A stretch of 63,583 nucleotides of DNA, counting the filler, from Bigelowiella natans CCMP2755 (lineage: Eukaryota; Protista; Cercozoa), in assembly GCA_000320545.1 (NCBI GenBank). It is 4 parts of 4 records of this genome, joined end to end, with 100 filler letters (N's around TTAATTAATTAA, not from the genome) between each part and the next. Parts side by side here need not be neighbours in the genome. Positions count along the whole stretch, not along the records: positions 1 to 24,425 come from ADNK01001931.1; 3 more parts are not named here. The stretch is one strand, 5' to 3'. Position 1 is the first letter of the stretch. Every line of letters begins with the position of its first letter. The notes beneath the pieces are model-generated. The model had not been told where the DNA came from. It saw only the letters and a list, made by a program, of their open reading frames with translations, and did not search any database. Positions 1 to 15,344 of the stretch are shown one piece after another. The position numbers and the translations under genes are program-made.

Positions 1-981
1 GAAATACGAGTCTCTATTCTTATCGTGTTGAAGGTTAGTAGTGAGATAACAACTGATTGTCTGATTATTTACTTGCTGTAAATTGGATGCTTCTGCCGCT
101 GTAATATAGTTGCTACATCTTCACCATTTACTCACACCTGTTGTATATTGGGTGCTACTGTCACATCACTGGAGACTAATTGTATATGGATATAATTTAC
201 AAAATTAGACACGTTCTCGTGTACTTGCGTCCATCTCTCAAAAAGACTACTAAATCAAAGACTCGAACACACGCTCAGCCAAAAAAGAACCTGAAAATAA
301 AAAATAATGGAAAGAAGAGATCTGGAGAGGATGACGAGAAATCAACCAGTAGTAATTTGAGAATAACCCTATTTATTGTTGTTGTTTTTGCCACTCACTG
401 TTCTAGTACCATTTCACTGCTCAATGTCTATATGATGATAAAAATGTTCCATTCAAAAAACACCGTCACCAACCAACATCATTTAATAAAACGTAGAATT
501 TATACCATGCGAATCGAAGAAGAAGATGAAAGGACACAGCAAAGAATCATCCACTCATGGTATTATTACTACAAGTAACAACCTCCCAATCCTCTCTTCC
601 TCCCCCCCCTCATCATCATCGCCATCATGAAAATACATTAGTATTCACGGGAGGTAATGCTGATGCCCCTGCTTCTGCTGAAGTAAAGAAACCTTCAAAT
701 CAGAAAGAGAAAGGTTTAGGATAATGATGATGATGATGATGCTAATGATGATAACAGTGATGGTAAGGATGCTATTGATTATGCATGGTAGATATAACAA
801 CTTCGTCATATTTTACACTAATATAAGTACAAACTTGCATATTAACATGAGTTTACTCTTCACAGAACTTGATGAGCTGATGGCTCTGATCGGTTTAGAA
901 TTGAAAGGAGTTGCATCATCGTCATCATCATCATCATCTAGCAGCAGTAGCACCACTACTGCTATGATGACAGCTAGGTAT

Positions 982-1019
<38 letters not shown>

Positions 1020-1486
1020 AAATTGGCAATGAGAAGTAGAAGAAGAAGAAGAAGAAGAAGAAGAAGAAGAAGGAAAAAAACAAGACGACATGCTTATGAA
1101 TGGTCACTGCTTGTGGTTTGTTGTTACTATTGTTGTTGTTTCTGTTGTTAGTGGGTGGGGGTATACATATTGAGAAGAAGGGAGTTGCAGAAGGGAGGAG
1201 AGAAGATTTTCACATCCACACTTATCTACAACTACTACACTATACTACTACTACTTCTTTTATTTATCCATGATCATAATCATCATCATTATTATAACTA
1301 TCATCATTATTATATTTATTATTTTTATTATTACCTCGATCATCTTTCTTTCCGTTATAATTATGAACCGTTGACAGCAGGGTTTTGAGGCCTATTTCTA
1401 AAATATTCGAGTCTAAGCCCTCCCAAAAGTAGTTGTGAGTGAGTGAGGGAGTGAGATAGTAGTTGCTGAGTACATCATTCAAGAAT

Positions 1487-1548
<62 letters not shown>

Positions 1549-4500
1549 GGAAGAACAGTATTAGTTATATTCAAATATTAATCAACAAACAACTGCATAC
1601 AAAAAACAACATATCACACCATACAGCCGCTGCATAGTAAGCGATGATACGGATATCATGTGTGATGATGCGTCGTCACACCACATAGAAATTAATTGGG
1701 GGGGGGTTGGAATTGGACGACATTATGTACTACTACGTGCATTCGCACAGTAGCAGCAGTATGGTTATCATCCATATGTGTTCATCATGTGCAGCAGCAG
1801 TATGCTTATCATCCATATGTGTTCATCATCATGTGCATGGTCATCTTATTACAATTTACAATATCATACATCATGCAACTAATGTCATTATTTATGTAAT
1901 AAGAAGGTGGACAGTCGATGGCACTACAACTACTAATGTCATTGTGCTTTATGTAATAAGAAGCTGGACAGTCCACACTACAACTACTACTACTACTACT
2001 ACTACTACTATTACTCCTATCACTTGTACCATTTATATCATTCTATATTATTATTTCTCAGATATTTAGCCAACCCACGTGTGCAGATGTGGATTATCCA
2101 AGGGTGGTTTAAAGTAGCAGTAGTAGTTATATTGACTCTAGAATTTGATCTGAATTTATTTGTGAATATATGATGAAATAAATATAGTATGTGGTGACTA
2201 TGCAGAGTAATTATGTCATCACCATCATACCATCTGTGTTCCCCCTGTATAGTAACCATATCATCATCATCATCATCATCATCATGATTTTCTTCACTAA
2301 TATAATAAGTTTAACGTCGAGAGAAGCTCCTATCAGTGGCGGGGTTTCAGAGTTGCTCATAAAGTGCGTACGAAATCAAGGGCCCTCCACCACGAAGATA
2401 CTATTTAAAACAGCACAGAACGAAGGTGGCTCTGTGTGGAAGGCTATCATCAAGGCTGTTTGCGATGTAGATATTGAGGTCGTGTGCATTACAACAACTG
2501 CTACAATGACGACGACGACGACGACGACGACAACGTTGAGTATACAACAACTAGTCAGCAGAGTCATTTGCTAATATTATTTCACAGCCCTCCTCCTCCT
2601 CCTCCTTCTCCTCCTCACCTATTATATCTGTAACAATAATCTTTAGATATCATCGCCGGCAGCAAATTTGTTGAGAGAGATGTCGAAGTCAGATAAGATG
2701 GTAGCGTCTAAGTTTTATAACGATAAGGTGCGTGCTACTGCAATAAGAGGCATAATAAAAATAGAGATCATCATTATCATCATCATCATCATCATCATCA
2801 TAATTTTTACGACGTTAAGTATTGGTTGTATGATCATAGCACCAAGGTGCTGCTGTATGTATTAAAATAAAATCAATGATGATGATGATGATGATGATGA
2901 TTCTATTTTCTTTTCTTTCTTTCAACTGGAGGTTGGTTGTTTAATTATTCATAACTTATTACTACTACTATAATCAATCTAGATGATATACGCCGCTATT
3001 CAGCCATCACAGTTCACAGGTTAAAACGATGATGATGATGATGATGAGGAGGAGGAGGAGGAGGAAGAGGAAAAGGGCGATAGGACCATTATTTGACCTC
3101 TTTTCTTTCTCATTTGCAAGTACTACTATTACTGCAACCTATTATGGAAGTTGTATTATTCAGCTATTCTTGGTTCTCATTATTGAATAGTTGTTCACAT
3201 GTTGTTCTCGAATAATTATCTTCTATATATTCCGTTATTATTATCAACTGTTACTCTAGAAACCAGAATATTTATCTTCTACATTGCGTTGTTGTTATTA
3301 TTATCATTATTATTATGAATTGTTGGTCCAGAAACCAGATTGAGGATCCTAGAATTGGGTGCTGCTCTTAGTGTTGCTACTGCTGCTGCTGCGAATGATG
3401 ACGACGGGTATGTGTTGCTGCTACTTGCTATTTGCTGCTGGTGGTAATCATAACAATGACAATGATCATATGTCTATCTCTGTTATCTTCTGTCCCTACT
3501 ACTACTGCTACTACTGCTACTTGTTTATCATAAAATCAGTTTATGATTTACACACCATTATCATCACCATCATCATCACCATCATCGTCATTATAACATT
3601 ATTATGCAAGGGACCTCCTCCTACGACGATACAATAACAACTCAAATACTACAGCAACAAAACCACCATATTCAACTTAGACCTAAAGAGTACCTCAAGT
3701 CAGATCTGTTCAGAGAGGTGCTTTCTATAGTTGAGTCAGGGGTAAACAGACACCACCACCACCACCACCATCATCATCATCATAATATATTATTATCATG
3801 CACTCAAGTTTCTTCTATATTTCACGGTGAGGTTGCTAATCATTAGTAGTAAATAATCTGAACAAATGAATACTATCTAAATAAGTTAATATACCCACAT
3901 ATTATTATCATCTATGTTATTATTCACCAGCCGGATAGCTTGGATCCGCTCATATGGCCAAATGCTCTCCAAATTCTGGGAGAAGTAATGCGTACAGCTA
4001 TTGGTTTTCAGAAGGTGTATAATATTATTATTAATAATAATAATGATAATAACAATCATGATAATATACGGTAGTAGACGACGACATGTTCCTCCTCCTC
4101 CTCCTCCCACTACTACTACACAGCATATAATAGCAAGCAGTATTCTCTCTTACTCTCAATTGTATTATTTATTCATTCAGTAGCTGCGGCACTAAGCACC
4201 ACCTTAGTACATACCACTACTGCTATTACTACTACTACTACTACTACTACTACTATAGGTATTTTATGGTACAAATGGCGGTGGTGGTGTATTCCATCGA
4301 TTACTACTGAAGAAGAAGATGATGGCAGTAGCGGATAAACTTAATCTTGTACATCATCTTGGCCTCTCAGCTCGTAGAAGCCAACAATTAGATTGGGTAC
4401 TGCTGTGGATTATGATGATGTGTAAAATATATTATCAGGGGTAGTACTGTAGTAGGTAGTAGTAGTAGTAGTAGTAGTAGTAGCAGTAACAATAATGGTA

Positions 4501-5972
4501 TTAGCAGCACAATTATCCTTAGATTCATTACTAGAAGTGAAAAAAATGATGGATCGATGAATTAGATATCTTTCGTGTTGCTATGTATCTTCACCACCCT
4601 CATGCTTTTACTACTATTGGTCCTCCTATCCCCCCTTTTCTCAAAGTTCTCCTCCTCCTCTCCCCCGTCGTCACTATCATTATACCTACTGTGTTCAGAT
4701 TACTATTCTATCACCCTACTACTGCTGCAGGGACAACAATAACAACAACGAGAAAACGACATTGCATCAAAATATTGATAGTTGTAGTAATAGTAGTGGT
4801 AATGGCAGCAGTGAAGCGAATGCTTACAAACGTGATCATTGTAATGTTGAGCTCCTAAAAGCAGCTATGAAGTCATGCGAAGAAGGTAGTCGTAGTAGTA
4901 GTAGTAGTAGTAGTAGTAGATATAGTATCACGTAATTCTCATCATCATCATCATCATCATCGTCGTCATCTCTGTTACTGTAGAGTTATGTTCGGAGAAG
5001 TAGTGGTAGTAGTAGTAGTTGTTACTGTAGAGTATGTTCGGAGAAGTAGTATTGGTAGTAGTAGTAGTAGGTTAGGAACATCAAAATACTGCTGCCTCCA
5101 AGGTTGGAGGGAAGGAGTATGCTACTTTATGCTGTGAATGAATAAATCAATCAATTAGTAGTAAGTAGCAGCTTTTAATTCTATGCAGTACCTGTGCTAC
5201 TACATAATTTAAACAACAAACTAATTATACAACAACTATGATTTTCTTATATTGTTGAAGGTCTTTTAGAGAACGACAACGAGACCGTTAAAGCTATGGC
5301 GGTAAAACAACAAAAAGAAGGACAACAACCCACAACAATATGATATCCTGTTTTTGTTCCCTCCCTCCCTACCTCTATTTGATTGGTTGAATGAATGATG
5401 ATGTCTTCTTTAAGGTGATATTGAATGAATGAGTGATCATAATACTAGGCCCACGGTGTTTGTCTACTAGCAACATGCCTAAAGGATGCTCTACTTCTTC
5501 TTCATCGTCCTTTCAAGAACCAAAGTATGATGTGCTACGTTAACAAATACCAATAATAATAAGAATATTTTGCTGCCTGCTATGACATCAACTCCACGAA
5601 GTTGGCCAAACAAGAGAAAAAGAAAGAAGAAATAGAAGACTTAACAATATCAAATTTGTGTACGTAGGGCAGCAGTTCACTCACTCACTCATTCATTCAC
5701 TCACTCACTCACTCACAGCAGTTCACTCACTCACTCATTCATTCACTCACTCACTCACTTGCTTACCACTACCACTACTACCACTACTTTGAGAAGCAAA
5801 TAAATGATGATGATGATGAAGAAGAAGAGAGCAGTAAGTAGTAGCAGTTTTAGCATATAATATAGGGTATTAAACAATGCAGTTCATAATATGTAGTAGT
5901 AATTATTCTAGATAACTTTTTATCCAATGTTTGTTGTTGTAGTATGTTTGTTTGTGAGTTGTGGTAGAAGTG

Positions 5973-6005
<33 letters not shown>

Positions 6006-6361
6006 CTAGGACTAGTAGCCGCACTAGTAGTACCATATATAGTACAAATGTTGGCGTTGATCGCCATTCTCATTCTCTCTCCCCCCCCCCCATCTACTAC
6101 ATCTCCTCCTCTCATTATTAGAGGCATCGTTATCATCGTCGTCAAACAACGTCTCCCCAATGACGATAAATAACAGCAGCAACAGCATTCGTGGTAGTAG
6201 AGTTGGTGGGCATGTTACTACCACTGCTACTGCCCTTACAAACGAAGAGAAAGAAACAAAAAATGCTGATGAGAATAATAATCATCAACATCAACAACAA
6301 CAACTTTACAAGATGCTTAGAAAAGGGTCGGTCAACTTCACCCATCCCCGTCCTCGTTGTA

Positions 6362-6397
<36 letters not shown>

Positions 6398-7055
6398 GTA
6401 TTAGTAGTAGTAGTAGTAGCGGTAGTAGTAATAGTAGTATTTGTGTACTTCACGGAAGTAGGCGTGATAGGTGCTGCTTTTGGTTTTTATCATAGCTCTC
6501 TACATGTTCTTCATTTCATACTAGTAAGTAAGTAGTAGTAGTAGTAGTAGTAGTATATTGGTTCTGTGATCCGATAGCCAATCATCATAGTGCGAGTTGT
6601 GACTTACTACGACGATGCTATTATCGTGATGATAATCAACTTGATCGTTGTGGCAAGGGCACTATCTAATATTATAATCATCGCGATTGTATGTAATATA
6701 TATATATATATATATATATATTGTAATATAATAATAATGCGTTGTTGTTGTTGTTGTTGTTGTGTGTTAGTGTAAATATTATAATATTATACCTAATGAC
6801 CGGTATTTACCACCGCCACCACCATCATCATCATCATCTATCAGCTTGTTTCTGGTGGCTCGAGTAGCTGGAGAACGTACTTCAAGTGGTCAGGCCAAGG
6901 TAATAGTACTATCATAATACTAATACCAACAACAATAACTCATATCTTCCACCATTTTACTTATTTCAACAGCATTTGGTATCCGTTTGTACGTACATAG
7001 TAATCCAATACGCTTACTAGTACAACTACTACTAGTACAACTACTACTAGTATAT

Positions 7056-7108
<53 letters not shown>

Positions 7109-9251
7109 TATACGTACATACACATCGTTTGCCATAGAGCATATACTAAACACCCCCTTCTCTTATCGTCACAAAGTATGACTACATCATCATTATTATC
7201 ATCATCATTATCATGATCATAGGTGGCTTCTCTCGTCGGTTTGGCCAATGTTGTTGGCAATAGCTACGAGGAAGAACAGCAGACTGTCATAAATCAACAC
7301 CACCAGCACCAGCACCAGCAAGAAGAAGAAAAAGAACAACAGCTTAAGACCAGGTTTTTCATCATAATTATGATCATCATAGCCTTTTGTTGTCTACTAC
7401 TACAACTACTTCCACTGCTGCTACTGCGATAAAGTAGATGCCTGCAATAGTACTACTAGCAGTCGTAGCACCACTGGTAGTACCAGTAACAGTAACAGAA
7501 GAATATGGTGACTATGGTGGTGGTGGTGACCCTGCTACTACCTCTTAAATATATGATGATTCAGTACTAGTGTTACGTGTGTACTGTCAATTTTTGTGTA
7601 TGTTATCATATGATGAGGATTCAGCAAACATGTCATGCATGTATTATCCTCACTGTTGTTGCTGCTTCTCTCCTTTCTTTCTCTTTCTTTCTTTCTTTCC
7701 GTATTTATAGATATTATTCAACTATGTATGATGGTATACTACTACTACTACCACGTGGGAGGAGGAAGAGGAGGAGGAGGAGGAGGAGGAGGATGAAAAT
7801 TATCTGTGTTGTATCTTTTCTTACTCTACTATTTTCTTATCGTAATAATAGTGGAAGTGCTTTCTAAAGAAGCAACAAATATGATCATCGTCGTACTCTT
7901 TTATTGTAGCCTCTATAATCACCATTCTCCCCTCCACCCTCCATTTCTCTTTATTGTAGAAGGAATATGATCTTGAATGTAGAAGAAGCAGCATCAGCAG
8001 TAGATGACCTCCATGCCGCAATTGTTAATAGGGTTGGAATGAGGTACTACTACTACCTATCATACCATCAAGGAAAGGGAGTCTAATAACAACGATAGTA
8101 GTAGTCAAATATGAGGTGATTAGAACAATAATAGGAACACCATACATATATCATCATCAATTTGAGGGATTATAAACTAGAACAACAACCAATGTTGCTG
8201 GCAGGAGTTTGGTGAATGCTATTCAAAGCCCTTTTGCAGACGTAGCTGCTGCAGGGTACTATGATGGAGGAGTAGTAGTAGTAGTAATAGTGGTAGTGGT
8301 AGTAGTAGTAGTAATGATAGCACTATTTATTGGTTGTGATAGTAGTAATGATAACACTATTTATTGGTTGTTGATTTGATGATTCCCCTACTACTACCAG
8401 CTCTACCTACTACTTGATTTGATGATTCCCCTACTACTACCAGCTCTACCTACTACTTGATTTGATGATTCCCCTACTACTACCAGCTCTACCTACCTAC
8501 TACTTACTAACAGCTGTTCACTTCCTACTCATTACTACTCTCTTCATCAAATCATTCAACATAACAAAAAATAATAACAATATTATATTTGCCTTTTTCC
8601 TCCTCCCCCTCCTCCTCCTCCTTTCAGATACACGCTATTAAGGAATGCTGCAACGCATGGGTTGGTACTACTAGTATAGTAGTAGTAGTAGTAGTATTTT
8701 AAATGAGAAATAAAATAAACTTATGAATGAATGAATATCACACTAAAGAATAGCGACCACTAATCAGTGTTATTATATATTGTGATTGATTAACATTATT
8801 ACCATCACTAAGATGGGGATTGGAAGCTATATCAGTCACTCCCGGCTTGATGGAAACCCTGTTAGGTCTTGTTCTTGTTGGTGATGATGATAAGTATGCT
8901 TTGATGGAAACAACGTTGTTGTCAACGATGACAATGATGACGATGATGACGATGATGATGACGACACCAACGATGATATCGATCCTAGTAACTATGTGTG
9001 AATGAATGATATACATTGTAATGGCATATATGATTATACTAACACATACATACACAGAAAACTAGTATATACAATTAGTAAGTACCCGATGTAGTACGTA
9101 ATTACTAACTCCTCCAATTGACAAACTACATATAATTATGAGCATGCTTCGTCGTCGTGTTGGCTTCTGCTGCTGCTGCTGTCCTACTACGTAGATCGAG
9201 AGAAAGGTGCAGGATCGAGTCAAAAGGCTTGTGAATGGCGCTTTGCGGTCA

Positions 9252-9292
<41 letters not shown>

Positions 9293-9861
9293 TATATTTA
9301 GTGTTTATTAAATCACTACTCGAGACAGGTAGTGATAAACGTACATAATAAACTGATGGATGCACTACTAATAATAATAATGCTACTGCTACTCCTTGCA
9401 GGTATTGCAGGCTTTACACATGACACTCAAGTAAGTTCTAGGAAGAAGAAGGAAGGGGGGAAAGAAGGGGAACAAGAGAAGATAATAAATAGCTACTTGC
9501 AAAAACAACAAACTACTTGGCCAAAACACAACGAATATCTTATTCAACTACTGACAGAATATTATTTTTTAATTTCGCTATTCAATGATTTTTATGCACT
9601 CAGGCGCTACAATGGTGCCGAGCGATACATCGACGGATCTACACGAGGTCATATGATTAACATTGCTTACAAGTAAGAGAAATTAGAAGATGATCATGAT
9701 GATGATGATATTGGAATTTCACTTTTTCAATTGTCAGTGTTATTACTATCAACGCGTGCCATTCGCCATACACAGAGAGATTAGCCGAGTTTGTGCGACA
9801 AGGACCTTACTACAAAGAGCGGGGAGCTCCACAAGTGAAAGTGGCAACGGCAACTCGATGA
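1..9861 (+). CDS. Multi-exon alpha-helical protein, possibly SAPS-domain (PP6/SIT4 regulatory subunit-like); 5' end outside window, many exons unresolved
   Basis: Clean AG/GT-bounded exons inside microsatellite introns. 3677-3741 reads RPKEYLKSDLFREVLSIVESG; 3931-4014 reads PDSLDPLIWPNALQILGEVMRTAIGFQK. Last exons read RYNGAERYIDGSTRGHMINIAYN|VITINACHSPYTERLAEFVRQGPYYKERGAPQVKVATATR* (TGA 9859-9861). NALQILGEVMR and RGHMINIA resemble SAPS motifs as I recall them (NAxxxLxEIxR; GYMGHLxxIAN). The family call is tentative. Confidence 0.45.
8371..8499. repeat. Tandem repeat, 3 copies of a 43-bp unit (intronic)
   Basis: ttgatttgatgattcccctactactaccagctctacctactac starts at 8371, 8414 and 8457. It is preceded by a roughly 33-bp duplication at about 8308-8370. 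Confidence 0.9.
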
Positions 9862-9899
9862 AGGAAGTGAGCACAGCAGTGGTGTGTACGTGTGTGTGT

Positions 9900-11120
9900 G
9901 CGCGCGCACATGTTTTCACATTTACACATTTCATCATCTGCAAAATGTAGATCGAAGCAAAAGTGAAGATTGCGTACCAGGCAAAGATCTGTGCGTGATG
10001 ATGACCCTGATGCCACATGCTCGAAACTTGTGACTGCATTCGTCTCATTTGTGCATGCCAGCATGTGTGCATCGCATGCATCATGACACAACCAACAGAA
10101 ACCCGGTGACACTCTAGTTAGCTAGATCTAGCTGGGTGCAGCAGCACGCAACGCGAAACCACACCAAGTGACGCTTGAAAACTTTTGAACAACGTGATCG
10201 ATGAGAGCACAACGCTCGAGCAAGTTTCAGGCCGCGCGTGCACGCACTTCCTGCTTTGCATGCCAGCATGCAGTTGCATGGTTTTTCCAAACCTCAGATT
10301 TGGAAAAACCTCAAGCTGTCACTGTGATCACGACAACTCGATCCAACAACATGCAAATCCACAATTAAGCGAGGCGAACGTTTTTCAGCACAGCCATGGA
10401 CTGCTGAAAGCCACCAGTGGCTAGGAACTTGCTGGAGTCCACCAAACGTATGCATTCACAATGCATGGATCAGAGTGTTTTTTTGTGGTTTTCCAATGAG
10501 TTTTTTGACATTTTTTGGTGCAACCACCGGCTAGCCGGCCACACGACACTAGGACATCGCGAAGTCCATGCGTTGCAAGTTTCAGCTAGTTGTCGATGCC
10601 ACGGACGGGAGTCATCACACATGCAGCTCACACATCCGCCGCAAGTGCATGCCGCACACGTGCCGCAAGCAAGTGCTCATTGCTTCCGTTCATTGCAGTT
10701 CATCTTTCTGCTTGCTTGTCCATCATTTGTTGGTGCAATGATTTACAATTCAATGATGTTCATGCATGCATACACGTGTGTGCGTCCACGTGCTGCGTGA
10801 TTCAATGAAAAACCGTTGCATTTCCTGCTTCTAGGCTTTATTGACGATGCACGTCTGGACGTGCTGCTCACACACCTGCAGGCATGCATGCACCAGCATC
10901 GCAAAACCCATGGAGCACCACGCGAGCATTTACACCCGCTATGTTGCTAGCTAGTCATGCCATCATGAAATCTGATTTTTCTTTGGCGGGACTTAGTTGT
11001 GTGTGAAAATGACAGACATCGAGAACGTGCGTGCTACGTGTTGCACACAAATGCAACATCATTCGATCTAATACACATGTGCATGCAAGCAAAAACGAAA
11101 CAAAAATTGGCGATGCACAT
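9900..11120. repeat. TpA-depleted degenerate island (probable hypermutated repeat/TE relic)
   Basis: Manual count for 9961-10980: about 19 TpA, about 10 of them in CTAG. CpG is abundant and TGCA/CATG is rich. There is no credible ORF. A 12-bp hairpin lies at 10280-10310. Confidence 0.6.
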
Positions 11121-11292
11121 GGTAGATAGTCTTTTTCTGAAGCACACACACAATTTAATTCTAAACCGGATAAAATATAAATGTATGTATATTCATGCTG
11201 GTTGCAATTAAGATACAAGAGTAATCACTGGTAGTGTCTCCATTTATCGAGTCTGATAAATGTCGAATTGATAAAATTATGGCAACTCATGG

Positions 11293-11523
11293 CTATAAGT
11301 CGCTTGAGCACGATATCCAATCAGCTCTATCAATCTCTATTCTTGGTCGTAAACACCTCTTTTTCATCTGAGCAACAAATTTTCAAAATAAATTATGTAA
11401 CCAATTCATTTAAAAAATTATATTAAATCAAATATGTATTTTGCTTACGATTGGTATCTCAGTAATGTCCTTAAATATCTCAGTTCCGGTCCCTAATTTC
11501 ACGCCAAGAACAAATTAAAATAT

Positions 11524-11559
<36 letters not shown>

Positions 11560-11571
11560 TCTCTGTCACAA

Positions 11572-11612
<41 letters not shown>

Positions 11613-11670
11613 GTACATGTTATTTATGTATGAAAAATAATAATGTACCCTCATTCTCTCTTTCTCTACT

Positions 11671-11703
<33 letters not shown>

Positions 11704-11878
11704 TTTTCTTTTCGTTTCTTGAATTAATAATTTATATCACAAACATTATATACCTCTGCACCATGTACATCGCCAATTGTGTACCTTTCGTCGGGATTTA
11801 TAAAGTAGTGTAACAATTATTAAAGATTAAAATGGTTTATTTACAAATATTTAAATCTATAACATACACACAGAGACA

Positions 11879-11945
<67 letters not shown>

Positions 11946-12308
11946 TTAATATATACTAAGAATATATTTAACTGCGAAAGTATTAGTTCCATATAGCTTT
12001 TTGTCGTCTTTTTGCGAAAATCGATGGTTTAAGTCCTGTTATAAATAAGTTAAAAGTGATTTACTGAATAGTCCTAATTGTGATTTTTGAAAACAACCTT
12101 ACAAACATTAATCGTAATCTCCGGGTTTGGCTCATATTCAGCATCATCGCATGTCCTTTGCATTGCATCAATATTCCACCATGCTGGCTAAAAAATAAGT
12201 TGGATAATAATGTCTCAATGCAAAAAATTAACAAAATATAAGGTTACAAATACAATTACAAACACAGAAATACACACATGCAGCTGTAAACACACCTAAA
12301 CACATATC

Positions 12309-12347
<39 letters not shown>

Positions 12348-12366
12348 ACAGAGAGAGAAAGAAAGA

Positions 12367-12402
<36 letters not shown>

Positions 12403-12448
12403 TATGCACACATGTATACACACACATTTAGAAATTATTGTATAAATT

Positions 12449-12531
<83 letters not shown>

Positions 12532-13191
12532 GAACAACCACTTTCTAGAAATTTGTCCATAATCAAAATTTAAATTCATCAAGGGAATGAATTTTTTATT
12601 GTTTCGTAAACCTCTGGCATGAAATATTCTTCTGGCATAATTTCAACCAAACCTTTTTTAAAACATAATTTAGTATTATATTGGCATTGCTTTTGAAATT
12701 AATTGATAACTTGCTCTACTTTATAAGTTTGTCAGATGATATAAAGGCTATAATGTAAAAGTGATTATAAATAAAGTATCGTAGGAATTTAGCTAGGGTA
12801 TTCTAAATATTGTTATAATACGAACCATGAAGAGCTTCGCCAGTTCCATTTTTGAAGAAGTTGTCATGCATCATACTTATTCTACGAGGCCCTATTATCG
12901 TAATGCAGTATATACATGCACATATATTGTCTGTATTGATTTGAATGAACATTGAAATTGGAAATTTTATCTAGAAGAAATTGTAAGTTTATCGAGTTTT
13001 CAACAAACATAATAATTCAAAATTAACTGTGGATGAAACTATAAAATTAAAATGGTAGACTTTAGCTTTAATTCCGCTTTCTTAAAAAATATTTCTATGT
13101 TATTTTTGTTAAAATAGGATTCTATATTTACCTGTTTTTGTGACTGGATCTCCTGAACCATCGCCAACCTACAGTAATATAAAAATATAGA

Positions 13192-13233
<42 letters not shown>

Positions 13234-14623
13234 GCATATATGTACATTTACTATATATGACATCAATTGAATAGTTAACAGTTGATTAAACTTTGCTTTT
13301 ACCGCAATTCCAGTGAGCATAAATAGCCAAAAAGGATGCCTAATACATCATAAAAATTTCTAAATACATGCATTTCCTCAAAATTAATTTTTCATCCTAA
13401 ATATAACTAATATTACTTGGGTCTTGAACCCATTAGCGCGTTAGAAGCGAATCTAGAAATATGTCCAAAAGATTAAAATAAGGTTTTTATAATAATATAT
13501 TTTATACATCTGTTAGGCAGAATTTAAATAGAAAACAGTATCAAGTAAAAATTCACACACACACACATACACACAAACAACCAAACAAACAAAACACACC
13601 TATGATGTGTGTGTGTGTGTGTGTGTGTTAGTGTAGCTCAATCTTTCTGAATAGGTCATCCCTCATTGTATTTGCATTTATGATGATAAAAATTTCTATG
13701 CCTGTACTAAACAGAAAAAAACATGTAAACAATATTATTTGGTACAACAACTATGAAGTATCTAATCATACTGATTTTCTCGATGTTCAAGAAGTAAAGC
13801 ATGGAACAGAGGCTCCTGTGGATAGGGCAACGAATTTTAATCACAATTTAGATATCAATTTATACTTAATTGGAATTCATATTTAAAACATTAAAAGAAA
13901 AAGAAAATAAAAAAATATAAAAAATGTATATTGAAATATTAATATTTCCAGAAAAATTAAATCTTAGATTATATCCATTGTTTAGTGCTTGTATGAATGT
14001 TAATAAACCGAGAGATATTTTCTACCGTATTGTTTTTTGTACCTGTCCAATAAATGCATAACGCTTGCTTAGTTTATCAACACTCTGCACACATTCGCTA
14101 TCCATATCGGCGTAAACCTAATAAAAGTGTAGGAACAACATTCATCAACTAAATATCAGAATGATACTTTTGAGTAACATCATATGATTAAATTGCTCTC
14201 AACTTACTCGTAATTAAAATACTATAAATCGTAATTTAATTTAGAAACCCCGCCGAATTCGTAGAGGTAAACGTATCTGAGATAATCCAAGAAAACAAGG
14301 CAAATTGTATCACGAATTGCAAACTATAAAGATTTGTGGATAATTCAATCATTTTTCATTGTCATTTGCATATGCACAATCCTGTAAGTGGGTAGATATT
14401 CTCTCTCTCTCTCTCTCTCTCCCTCCCTCCGTCTCTCTATTTCTGTATGTGTGTGTGTGTGTGTGTGTGTTTGCACATAAGACTCCCACAACCACGATTC
14501 ATTTTATAAATTTTGATATCTAGAGTGCACAAAAGTAATGAAGGACATGTAAATTTTAAGAAGTAAGTATAAGCACGTGTGTAAACATACAATTTGTGTT
14601 CATCATTATTTACAATCACATAA

Positions 14624-14664
<41 letters not shown>

Positions 14665-14949
14665 TTGAAAATATATTCCACACAAGCATTAATCATATGT
14701 TAAAAAGTAACCTTGCAAAATCTGCCTTCTCGACCGGCTTCATCATTCGATACGCAGGCAAAAACATTGGAAATCTATTCGATTATAATGAGTGGAATTT
14801 CTCTTAATAACAAAGAGTAATTGATTTATTGAGATTTAAACTAACCTATTACCTCTTACTAATCAGCACGTCATTGTCTTTATCATCCCAGAATATGTAT
14901 TTAATAGAAGGATTGAGCCGTGGCCATGAAGATATCCAATCTGTAGTCA

Positions 14950-14999
<50 letters not shown>

Positions 15000-15305
15000 A
15001 AAATATGTATATTTATTCTTCTAAATCTGTAAAAAATGCAAGGATATACATGATGTTATGCTTAAAGGTTGCTGGTTCATCTCAATCGGAAAAAGTGAAG
15101 AGGCAAGCGTTGATTCACTAAGTGTGGTTCATCTCCCTACATGCATGTAGTAGCGATGTTTCTTTTCAACGCTTATTCATTCATTTGTTACCCATGGCAA
15201 AATCGGGAATCATACTTCGTGACTTCCATGATTGATGGACTGCATTTTAATGTAAAAAAGATGACTTATAGATACAATAAAATGGTTAGTAAGTACATAT
15301 ACAAT

Positions 15306-15344
<39 letters not shown>

